Notes under the pieces: generated by a model
Told to the model about the DNA's origin: nothing
The model's input: the letters and a program-made list of their open reading frames with translations, nothing else
Database searches by the model: none
Program-made: the position numbers and the translations under genes
Shown: one piece after another, positions 55,759 through 64,000 of the stretch
How the letters are laid out: every line of letters starts with the position of its first letter
Numbering within the stretch: the first letter of the stretch is position 1
DNA from: a virus
Taxonomy: Duplodnaviria; Caudoviricetes
Direction: 5' to 3' (one strand)
IMG/VR virus record: IMGVR_UViG_3300037067_011000
Span: 10,632-74,631 of that record
Length of the DNA stretch: 64,000 nt

Positions 55759-57234
55759 TTATTTTGTAACAGTTACTTTCTTTTTTGGTACAGAAACTTC
55801 TTCTTTTTTTACCTGTTGTTCTTTTGATGCAGGAGGCATTGCTATTTCTGCAAGTTCTTTCATCATTTCTTTTTCTTCTTTTGAAACTCCCTCAGATAAT
55901 ATTTTTTCAATCAAATCAATCTGCATCTGTGATAACCCAAGACAAAATTCATAAAATGCCCTTGCAGGAATAACTGCCTGTGCTAAAGGATTTGTCGTGT
56001 ATTCCCTTATTGCATTTGCTCTTGATTTTCCAATCTCAACTCTTTCCTTTTCACTAATTGAGAATAAATCTAACCAATCTACCTGATAATCCCCACTTTC
56101 AGGGGCAGGTAATATTTTCAACTCAATTAAACGATTTATAAATGGGAATATAATATTTGGTTCAGCATGGTCTTCCCTTCTTGACTGTACATAAGTTTTC
56201 CATTCCCCTGTATCCTGTGTACTTGCTAATTCTCCTCTTTCACTACCAGACAAGATTCTCTTTGGAATACCTGTTACTGCTGAAATCATTGTTAATTGAA
56301 TATCCACATGATTTTTTGGATCTTCTATTTGCTGTTGTAATGCCTTTAAATCAATTCCCTGATTAATTAAAAATCTGCGAAGTCCATGTTCATACTCATC
56401 CATCTGATCTTTTACATCCTCTTTGGTTGCCTGTGTCATGGAAAAATCTTTATCCACGTTGGCTTGAAATCCTGGACGTGCCCCTTTCCAAAACATCTCT
56501 GCATCACCCCCTACAAGTTTTTCCAAATCATAAAGTCTGTTAAACACAGATTCTAACTTTGGAATACCCATTACCTCTGATTCCAGATGATCTTCCAAAA
56601 TATGTATTACTCTCGTATAATGTACATTTACCGTAGAAGAATTTCCACTTGCTACATCTGCTACCTGTACAGAATAAATTAAAGGCATCCCATATCTGGG
56701 ATTACTTGGATCACTTTCATAACTATCTATCTTTGCACTCTCTTCCCCGAAAGGTTTTACATACAACAATTTCCTTGCTCCTGATCGTACAGGTCTTAGG
56801 AACCCTTCTATATTCTCTCCTACATCATCCAATCCCAAAAGCAATACTCCATATCTTCCAATACCAGTTAAACGATCTACCCTTGAAAGAATAGAACGCA
56901 ATCCCATCTTTTTATTCAAATCATACCAAGCCTTTTCAAATACTGTCTTTTGAGCATCTTCTGATTCAATCAATTCCAACTGTCCCTGCCAAGTTGCTTT
57001 TACAGGCCTGTCAATAATTGCCTTGGCGATGTCCTGACGGGTATATTGTGCAAAATAATCTTCATAATGTAATATTTTCTTATACCCAAGTGCTTGGTAA
57101 ATATCCCTATCCCCACCATACTGCTGTCCCAAATTAGCAGCCAACTGTGCTCTTGCTATAACAGCACTTGTAAGAGCCTGTATCTGCTTATTTGTTAAGA
57201 TATATTCTGATTTATTATGTTGTATTCTTTCCAT
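55759..57234 (-). CDS. portal protein (DUF1073-like)
   Basis: Y...DIAKAIIDRP...W, HYTRVIH, TGIPKRILSGSERG.LAST.D. Confidence 0.8.
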   Translation of the reverse strand: MERIQHNKSEYILTNKQIQALTSAVIARAQLAANLGQQYGGDRDIYQALGYKKILHYEDYFAQYTRQDIAKAIIDRPVKATWQGQLELIESEDAQKTVFEKAWYDLNKKMGLRSILSRVDRLTGIGRYGVLLLGLDDVGENIEGFLRPVRSGARKLLYVKPFGEESAKIDSYESDPSNPRYGMPLIYSVQVADVASGNSSTVNVHYTRVIHILEDHLESEVMGIPKLESVFNRLYDLEKLVGGDAEMFWKGARPGFQANVDKDFSMTQATKEDVKDQMDEYEHGLRRFLINQGIDLKALQQQIEDPKNHVDIQLTMISAVTGIPKRILSGSERGELASTQDTGEWKTYVQSRREDHAEPNIIFPFINRLIELKILPAPESGDYQVDWLDLFSISEKERVEIGKSRANAIREYTTNPLAQAVIPARAFYEFCLGLSQMQIDLIEKILSEGVSKEEKEMMKELAEIAMPPASKEQQVKKEEVSVPKKKVTVTK

Positions 57235-57369
57235 GTCAATCAGTTATTTTCAAAGTAGTATATTTATCAATTTAGTAATTAAATTGTTATATTTTGATTT
57301 AATCTGCAAATGTTTTTCGATCACTCATGGTTTTTAATTTAAAAGAATCATTTGTATATGATTTTAAAG

Positions 57370-59649
57370 TTATGATCTTACATTTCCTAATACATAAACA
57401 TTTCTTGATTTATTCCAGCCAGTCGGAGCGTCATTATAAGTCGCAGATGCATTATTATTTAAAATAAACCCGTCCATACTTTCCCTCCATCTTGCTATAT
57501 CTCTTGTGGTAACTTCACTTCCCCTGAAGTGATTATTTCGCACTTCATAATTTCTTAATCTAAAATTACATTCAATAGAATTTAGATATGTTGCAATAGT
57601 ATTAAGATTTGCCTTCACATTACTTAATTTTCCTCTGTGTTCAGGATGTCCTAATAAAATCCCAGATCCCCCAGCTCCATTTACTCCAGGAGCCCAATCA
57701 TTCACTCCTGTAATTGCTATAACTTCAGCACCGATAAGATCGTAGGTTTGCTCTTCAGCTATAGCACCCCCAAAACTATATTCACTATTATTGTCTCCAT
57801 ATAGCATTATTAGTCTCTGGCAATTTTGAAGTGTAAGACTATATATCCCAACATCCTTCAATCTACCATGACCCAAAATACAGGAAGGAAGATTTTTTGC
57901 ATGTAATGAAGATGGGACTTGTTTTGTATAATTCATATCAATAGTGCCGGAACCGAATATCTTAACATCATGGATATAATTTGAATGAAATCCCGTACCC
58001 ACTCTTATACCATAAGTTTCTGCCCCATCAAAACATACTATCCATGTATTATCTATTGCATATCCCGTAAGATAGTCGAATTTAATTTCAATTCCTTCTG
58101 CTATTGACTGCCAGCCGCCTGTAATAGTAACTCCTGTAGTCCCGTAAGTGGGTTCCCAGATATCAAATCCCCATTTGAAGGTGTTTGGTGAACCAGTTCC
58201 ATCTATTTTTACAACCAGATCCTTAAATGTGTTTCCTGTATATATGCCCCTATAAGAAAAACCCTCTTGCGTTCTTTGCGTTCCTTGATTTGTAACAAGT
58301 TCCCCTATATAATCTAATGTATTTGAATTATCTGCAAGTTTTAATATTGCCCCTGCTTCTAACTCTACATACATCTTTTTGTCACAATAAAGAATGCTTC
58401 TGTTTTTGTTAATGACTCCATTATGTGTTCCTGCCTTGAATCTTACAAGAGAGCCTGCCGGAGCCACATCAAATATTGTCTGAGGATTATCAGAAGTGGT
58501 AATATCATACTGATTTATTGTTCCTGCTGTTACTAAATCGTAAACATCCTGTGTAACAAAATAATCGGAAAGTTGTGGAGTTGCAGCAACTAATTCTGCA
58601 AGTGTTTGTGATACAGATTTTATAAACCGCCCCGAAGGATTAAACTTATTTTCCAGATAATTATATATTGTTGTTCTTTTTGTTGCATCTAACTTATCGG
58701 AAAAATAACACATCAATTCTTTAAACCCAAAATCAAAACCACCCCCCGTTCCGACATAATAAGACAATATATAAAGTTCTGTGCTTCTTACTAATTGTAT
58801 TGAAAAAGCGTAATTTAAAGTGGTCTCAACATCATCAATTTTATACTTAATAACATTATTTGGTTTATCAAAAATTATCCTTATTATATTGCTTCTCTTT
58901 ACATGACAATCATTTGCAGTTGTTTGTATTGCACCAGTATTAGTACGCATCTGGCCATTCAATTTTTTATCAGCAAATGTATATGCAAGTTGTAGTAATT
59001 CTGTTGATGCATTACGATAAGAAAAAATTGTCTGGTTAACTGATGCGTGCCAAGATGGTTGTAATACAAGATAAAATTCAGCGTAAGATAATGATTGAAA
59101 TCCGGCAGATAAGGCTGCTTTCATTGCCGAGTTTGTAGCAATATTACAAAGGTAGTCACCATTACTACGATATGAAAGCCTTGTAGCACCACTTCCAGTG
59201 AAATCATTATTACTTGCAGTTTTATCTTCAAGAGTAGTTACTAATTCTTTGTCAGCTAGTGCTAAATTAGAATCAACCCAAATATCCGCATCATTAAATA
59301 ACGTAGTGCATGAAGCAACTGATGAATATTGTGATTGACTTCCTACTTTATACAATGCAATCTTAAAATAATACAGAGTGTTTGCAGTAAGTCCTGTAAC
59401 TATACAGGATTCAACGATACTGGTTATTGTATCTTTTAATGTAAAAGTTACATTATCGGTTGAGTAATAAACTTTTATTCCAGTAAAGTCTGCAACACCA
59501 TTATTCAGCCAATTTAATTTAGCCTTAGTGTCCGAATATACTATTGCTGTTAACCCTGAAGGATATCTTGTCTTCCAGTAACTCTTCCTCCTCCTGCCTA
59601 TGCCAATGCCTATATCTCTTACAACCGATCTGACAACACCTTCACTCAT
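57370..59649 (-). CDS. multidomain virion-associated protein (FN3-like + LamG-like + beta-helix-like)
   Basis: GIGIG start; VTGLTANTLYYF FN3 signature; LamG-like segment; FKAGTH and Asn ladders in the C-terminus. Confidence 0.55.
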   Translation of the reverse strand: MSEGVVRSVVRDIGIGIGRRRKSYWKTRYPSGLTAIVYSDTKAKLNWLNNGVADFTGIKVYYSTDNVTFTLKDTITSIVESCIVTGLTANTLYYFKIALYKVGSQSQYSSVASCTTLFNDADIWVDSNLALADKELVTTLEDKTASNNDFTGSGATRLSYRSNGDYLCNIATNSAMKAALSAGFQSLSYAEFYLVLQPSWHASVNQTIFSYRNASTELLQLAYTFADKKLNGQMRTNTGAIQTTANDCHVKRSNIIRIIFDKPNNVIKYKIDDVETTLNYAFSIQLVRSTELYILSYYVGTGGGFDFGFKELMCYFSDKLDATKRTTIYNYLENKFNPSGRFIKSVSQTLAELVAATPQLSDYFVTQDVYDLVTAGTINQYDITTSDNPQTIFDVAPAGSLVRFKAGTHNGVINKNRSILYCDKKMYVELEAGAILKLADNSNTLDYIGELVTNQGTQRTQEGFSYRGIYTGNTFKDLVVKIDGTGSPNTFKWGFDIWEPTYGTTGVTITGGWQSIAEGIEIKFDYLTGYAIDNTWIVCFDGAETYGIRVGTGFHSNYIHDVKIFGSGTIDMNYTKQVPSSLHAKNLPSCILGHGRLKDVGIYSLTLQNCQRLIMLYGDNNSEYSFGGAIAEEQTYDLIGAEVIAITGVNDWAPGVNGAGGSGILLGHPEHRGKLSNVKANLNTIATYLNSIECNFRLRNYEVRNNHFRGSEVTTRDIARWRESMDGFILNNNASATYNDAPTGWNKSRNVYVLGNVRS

Positions 59650-59661
59650 CTCCCTTTATTT

Positions 59662-60051
59662 TTACCAATCAAAACCAAATGTATAACTCCCACTTGTATA
59701 ACCCCCATCTTCTACTCCTGCCCTCCATCTTACCCCCGCACCTATGTCATCTATAACTAAACGATTCCCCACAGCAATTTCAGATTCATCCAACGGTAAA
59801 TAATTCTGCCATCCTGCATCCCCCTCACATTTGAATTGAAGCAACACTGTCATCACAGAAGTTTCTGAAAATCCAGATGAATCTGCATCATTCTCTCGGA
59901 TCGAGAAATACATTTTGTCTTTTGCAGTCCCATCATTCACTTTGTCCCGCAAACAGACTTCATTTGTCCAATATCCTAACTCTGTACCACTTGGAGCAGT
60001 ATTTACAGTAGCATATTCTTTATAATCCCCTGAACTTTTACTATTTGCCAT
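59662..60051 (-). CDS. hypothetical beta-rich protein
   Basis: ORF track; coupled orientation. Confidence 0.6.
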   Translation of the reverse strand: MANSKSSGDYKEYATVNTAPSGTELGYWTNEVCLRDKVNDGTAKDKMYFSIRENDADSSGFSETSVMTVLLQFKCEGDAGWQNYLPLDESEIAVGNRLVIDDIGAGVRWRAGVEDGGYTSGSYTFGFDW

Positions 60052-60105
60052 TTTATTATATTTTTAGTTTATTTTATAATTAAAAATAAATAGTTTTTTC
60101 ATATT

Positions 60106-61611
60106 TTAAATTGTTTCAATCCATCCTCTTACGGCTGCAATACACAATGTAGCACCCGAAGCATAATCCCCCTGAACACTCATTTTTACATCTGATTTAG
60201 CTGCAATTACAGCAGGAAATTCAAGTGGCCTTAGGGTGTCCCCATTTATTGTCATAAATTCCCCCTGTGGAATAAATACAGTTGATCCAAATACTCGAAT
60301 CTTTGGGGTAAAAACCACTGCATTTAATTTAATAGCATTGCCACCAGCACCAGAAGCCATTGTTAAACTTGTTAAATACAGTGTTTTCCCTACTGGTACA
60401 GTATAAACTAAAGTCCTACAAGCCGTTAATCCTGTTTCTATTGAACTATAAGTAATTGTTTTTGCTGCATTCTTTATAGTAATTACCCCAGCAGCCACTC
60501 CGTTAGCACCTGCCTGAGTAGCATAACAATAATTTATTCTTAGGAAATTTTTAGTAGTGACTACATCTGCTGTTCCGTTTAAAGTAACCTCCTCTGTCTG
60601 TTCTGCATAATTAGTATCCAAGCCAGAAATCATAATTTTTTCTATCCCAGTACTTCCTTCATCATCATTTCCAGAAGTAGAGGCAATTGTGAATTTTATT
60701 GCTGATGGAGGAAAGACATAAACACTTGCCGAACCACCTTCTCCTGCCCATACATCCACTAAGAGATTATTTACACCTGCAACTCTTCCATATTTTGCAA
60801 ATGCAGTATGCCCGACAATATTACCTTCGGCTATATCATAAGCATATGGGGTAGATGACACCCTCGGTTTGCCACCCACCGTTTCAAAACTATATAATAA
60901 TCCATCAGATATATTTCTGAATTTACCTTGATTATCTGAACTGGAAGGATTAATCTTTGTATTTCCAGTTGCATTTCTTAATCGAGATAAAACATTAAAC
61001 TGACCTGCTGAAGTAAGTATTGGTTGTACAACACCCGTATCTTCATCTGTCCCCTGCATATTTGCAGAAACAATTATTTCTTTTCTTATGGTGATACTTG
61101 TCAACCCTATTTCGTTTGTAGTGCAAAATGACACCTTTATACCAATACATACAATGGAAGGAGACAATAATGACACTGGAATATGATAAAGCATTGTTCC
61201 ATATTGTGTATTATTTGCAGAATCATCATAGGTATTTCTTACCGTACCATCACTACCAATAAATTCAAATTTGACATTACTAAATGTTTTCCCAGTATTA
61301 CATCCTATTCCAATTTTATTAAGATATACTACCCTATTAAATGCCAAATAAAGTACCTTGGGATTTGTAGCAGTTGCATTGGTTATTCCAGAGAGTTCAT
61401 TAGGGTTTATAAATAAATCAGCAATATTCCCTGTCCATCCAACTTTCGTAGAATAGGTTAAATCAATATCCTTTGTATAAACACTATCCCCATCAGTCGG
61501 AATAGGATTCTGAACGGATATAAAACTCCCAGCATCATCAACAAGTTGTGTTGCCTGAGAACCATCCGTAAGTAATTCCCCAAGAGTTCTATTTAAAATG
61601 TAGTCTGGCAC
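60106..61611 (-). CDS. putative virion structural protein (501 aa)
   Basis: GTG start overlapping upstream TAG; C-terminal KYG...DVW...ISGLD.NY....EEVTLNG..RIN domain seen in other phage virion proteins. Confidence 0.55.
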   Translation of the reverse strand: MPDYILNRTLGELLTDGSQATQLVDDAGSFISVQNPIPTDGDSVYTKDIDLTYSTKVGWTGNIADLFINPNELSGITNATATNPKVLYLAFNRVVYLNKIGIGCNTGKTFSNVKFEFIGSDGTVRNTYDDSANNTQYGTMLYHIPVSLLSPSIVCIGIKVSFCTTNEIGLTSITIRKEIIVSANMQGTDEDTGVVQPILTSAGQFNVLSRLRNATGNTKINPSSSDNQGKFRNISDGLLYSFETVGGKPRVSSTPYAYDIAEGNIVGHTAFAKYGRVAGVNNLLVDVWAGEGGSASVYVFPPSAIKFTIASTSGNDDEGSTGIEKIMISGLDTNYAEQTEEVTLNGTADVVTTKNFLRINYCYATQAGANGVAAGVITIKNAAKTITYSSIETGLTACRTLVYTVPVGKTLYLTSLTMASGAGGNAIKLNAVVFTPKIRVFGSTVFIPQGEFMTINGDTLRPLEFPAVIAAKSDVKMSVQGDYASGATLCIAAVRGWIETI

Positions 61612-61919
61612 TATTTTTCTACCTCTACAAATTTTTCATAAAGGGGGAATGAGCGTTCATCCAGTTTTCCTGCTTTATCCAATCCTTTCAACGCTTCCTG
61701 TATGATTTCTCTCGCCTTTTCCCCTATTTCAATTTCTTTATCAACAGATTTCTTCCAATGAATCAATCCATCTTTTTCAACCATCCCAAATTCTTTAAAT
61801 TCCTTTTCATTAAAGGAAAGAGCAGATTTTAAACTGATAAGAATTTTAAAAGTTACATAACTTCCTTCCTTTGGAAGAACCTGCATCAATGTAATACGTT
61901 CAATAACTGATAATTTCAT
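61611..61919 (-). CDS. hypothetical protein
   Basis: ORF track. Confidence 0.65.
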   Translation of the reverse strand: MKLSVIERITLMQVLPKEGSYVTFKILISLKSALSFNEKEFKEFGMVEKDGLIHWKKSVDKEIEIGEKAREIIQEALKGLDKAGKLDERSFPLYEKFVEVEK

Positions 61920-61958
61920 AATTTTAATTTTTAAAGTGTTTGATTAACAAGAAATATT

Positions 61959-62732
61959 TTATGCTGTTAAACTATTAAATATTGGGATATAATAAGGAAC
62001 TCCACCGACAGATATTACAATATGCCCATCAGCCCCAAGACCCCCATCACTGGGGGTATCTTTTGCTGCAACATCTGTGGTTGCCACACATCCTGTAGCA
62101 GTTGCAAAAGAAACAAAATTAGTAAGATTCACATTGCTGTAAAACTCAATAGCATTTGTACAAGCACGCCCTATATCCATTACACACATTGAAAGTGTTC
62201 CTGTCACAGTCTGAGCAGCAGAATCATCATCCAAGGTGAGTAACAAGCATTCTACTGTACCAGTAACCTCTGCATTAATACTGACCTTAAAACTGGCAGC
62301 ACAAATATTTCCCGTAGCATCATGTGTTACACAATCACTTGTAATAGCTAAATGGCCTTGAACAGCATAAGCATCATAACAATTCCCTTGAATTGTGGTA
62401 GAACAAAGTAAAGCCTGTAATTTATTATGAGTAGTGTTTGCTGTATTCTTTACAGCAATAAAAGCTGCCAAAGTGCTTGTATCTGCAACAGTTTTATTTG
62501 TTGCCGTAGACATATTTACAACAAAAGCAATATTATCCACAACAGCAGCATCCACTACTGGTGTAGAATAAGACCCCACACCCATACTATGTATTAAGTA
62601 CGATGTTGGTGCTTTTGTCGTTTTTACTGGTTCTGCTAAACCATTTGCAAAAAAATCTGTATGAAATTCTGCAAATCTTGCAGCATTTGGGTATCCTTTT
62701 AACCCATACAATCCTTCTACTGTTCTTTTCAT
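61959..62732 (-). CDS. putative structural beta-rich protein (257 aa)
   Basis: Ala/Thr/Val-rich; C-terminal GHIVISVGGVPYYIPIF fibre-tip-like motif. Confidence 0.55.
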   Translation of the reverse strand: MKRTVEGLYGLKGYPNAARFAEFHTDFFANGLAEPVKTTKAPTSYLIHSMGVGSYSTPVVDAAVVDNIAFVVNMSTATNKTVADTSTLAAFIAVKNTANTTHNKLQALLCSTTIQGNCYDAYAVQGHLAITSDCVTHDATGNICAASFKVSINAEVTGTVECLLLTLDDDSAAQTVTGTLSMCVMDIGRACTNAIEFYSNVNLTNFVSFATATGCVATTDVAAKDTPSDGGLGADGHIVISVGGVPYYIPIFNSLTA

Positions 62733-62785
62733 CTTTTTTACATTTTAATTTGAACTTATCATCCTTGACTTCCAATTGAACATGA

Positions 62786-62875
62786 TTAGTTCCTATTTCT
62801 CGTGTAAAATAAAATCCCTGCAAGAAGCAGAACAATTGCACCTATTATTATATAACACCATTCTGCCTGCCCCAT
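62786..62875 (-). CDS. 29-aa single-TM peptide
   Basis: Manually translated MGQAEWCYIIIGAIVLLLAGILFYTRNRN*, starting 1 nt after the cold-shock gene stop. Confidence 0.55.
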   Translation of the reverse strand: MGQAEWCYIIIGAIVLLLAGILFYTRNRN

Positions 62876-62876
62876 C

Positions 62877-63089
62877 TTATTCTTTTCTACGTTGAACATT
62901 AACTGCATTTTTTCCTTTTTTCCCATCAATAAGACTGTAAGCTACCTTGTCATCTTTTTGGACAACATCAAGCGTGTTTGTTTTATGAAAAAAATACTCT
63001 GTTTGACCTCGGTCATCAATCAAGAATCCATAGCCTTTAGACTCATTAAAAAATTTTACGACTCCTGTGTTGGTTGCATTTGTTGTCAT
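62877..63089 (-). CDS. cold-shock domain protein (CspA-like)
   Basis: TGVVKFFNESKGYGFL (RNP1), YFFH (RNP2 variant), GKKGKNAVNV. Confidence 0.9.
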   Translation of the reverse strand: MTTNATNTGVVKFFNESKGYGFLIDDRGQTEYFFHKTNTLDVVQKDDKVAYSLIDGKKGKNAVNVQRRKE

Positions 63090-63127
63090 TTTGTAATAAA
63101 AATTTAATTGTATATACTAAAAATTAA

Positions 63128-64000
63128 TTATGTAATCCTCCTTGCTACTTTTTTACTTGCAAGTTTGTTAAAAGATCCAGAACTTGCATCCGTCTGGTCT
63201 TTGTATGTACTATTAGGAAAAAACCTAAGTTCATGCACATAAGCAAAATTCCAATCTGCTTTTGTAAGATAGACATTTCCATTGTTCACCTGCACTGAAT
63301 AAGCATCCGCCCTTACTGTTTTATCCCCTGTTGGGTGTTCCCCTCTGACAATAAACCCTGCAAGATTCCTAATTGTATTCTCTGTACTTTCTTTTCCACT
63401 ACTCCCCGGTTCTGTCTCTACCCAAACTTCTACATTCCTTCCATCTGCCTCTGCCGTCTGTTTTATTATATCCTCACGTTCATTTGTTCCCCACTGACCT
63501 CGTTTTACATCTTCCACAATGAACTTTCCGTTTTCCAATTTACACATCTTTACTCCTACTGTGTAAGCACCACCTCCCGCTGTACCTGCCTTATCCCAAT
63601 AACGTACTGTGTGTTCCACCCTGCTTTTTAAAGGTGTATAGGCATCAATATATTGAAAATGATCAACTTTAAACATTCCTCCTCCGGGGGGTACAGGATT
63701 CTGTCCTATTTGCCCTGCAAAACCATATTGTCCCAAATCTGCTTGCATATCATTTAAAACAGACCAAGGCATTCTTACAACATCAAAAAGATCATCCTTA
63801 TAAAATTTTATCAATTCAGGTGGTTGCACCTGTTTTGCATAATTCCTGCATTCCCCAGGTAAACTAATATGTCTTATGTTTGCTTTTTGTTTTGCAAGTA
63901 AATGTCCTGCCGGATCATTTTCATGAAGACGTTGCATTATTAATATGGTAGGGGTAACTGCTTTGTTTGTTTTACGTGTAGGAAGTGTTTGCTCCATCCA
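63128..64000 (-). CDS. terL: terminase large subunit, C-terminal part (5' end beyond window)
   Basis: ILIMQRLHENDP coupling motif, RYWDKAG, VETEPGSSGK, DQTDA nuclease motifs; frame is open to the window edge. Confidence 0.88.
   Translation of the reverse strand, partial: WMEQTLPTRKTNKAVTPTILIMQRLHENDPAGHLLAKQKANIRHISLPGECRNYAKQVQPPELIKFYKDDLFDVVRMPWSVLNDMQADLGQYGFAGQIGQNPVPPGGGMFKVDHFQYIDAYTPLKSRVEHTVRYWDKAGTAGGGAYTVGVKMCKLENGKFIVEDVKRGQWGTNEREDIIKQTAEADGRNVEVWVETEPGSSGKESTENTIRNLAGFIVRGEHPTGDKTVRADAYSVQVNNGNVYLTKADWNFAYVHELRFFPNSTYKDQTDASSGSFNKLASKKVARRIT

Noticed and set aside
57235-57369. Late promoter upstream of portal
   Set aside because: Only partial matches (AACATTTG, CTACTTTG) on the - strand without a properly spaced -33 element
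544-63631. Numerous antisense or alternate-frame ORFs of 60-150 aa in the ORF track
   Set aside because: They shadow well-supported genes and lack motifs; the only overlapping ORF accepted is the HNH at 10518-11390, which has a full catalytic motif set
1-64000. Stop-codon reassignment (as in some crAss-like phages) explaining the split genes
   Set aside because: Long genes are intact in the standard code; reading through the TGA of the UDG or exonuclease pieces meets another stop within a few codons
1-64000. tRNA, rRNA, integrase/att site, host chromosomal genes
   Set aside because: No cloverleaf or T-loop consensus, rRNA-like sequence, recombinase motif or host housekeeping gene recognised by eye; tRNAscan-SE would be needed to confirm

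Overview
The whole window reads as part of an AT-rich tailed dsDNA phage genome, most likely a siphovirus of a Bacteroidota host. Host evidence is TAnnTTTG-type promoters, SD-less A-rich starts on early genes and a DUF5675-type lysin. Morphology evidence is a tail tube and tape measure with no sheath. The + strand arm (1-30444) carries replication/recombination genes: primase, lambda O-like initiator with internal iterons, helicase, ParB-like protein, beta clamp, clamp loader, SSB, RecA, UvsY-like, RuvC-like, SbcCD-like and two DNA methyltransferases, plus many small ORFs. The - strand arm (30500-64000) carries lysis, tail, head and portal genes and the 3' part of the large terminase. The arms converge on a terminator near 30450-30480. 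Most unusual elements: (1) a 9-gene, translationally coupled glycosyl-/methyl-/sulfotransferase cassette between the major capsid gene and the head-tail connector, with a recurrent acidic Ser-Ser motif in several virion proteins; (2) an intein in a DNA methylase that hides a complete HNH endonuclease in the +1 frame; (3) a UDG-exonuclease-PolA polymerase broken into three separate genes; (4) two sequence-unrelated promoter/leader-peptide/attenuator elements with the same architecture; (5) hairpins with an invariant UAAUCA loop, and strong SD sites confined to abundant late genes. All family calls come from motif recognition by eye; no searches were run.
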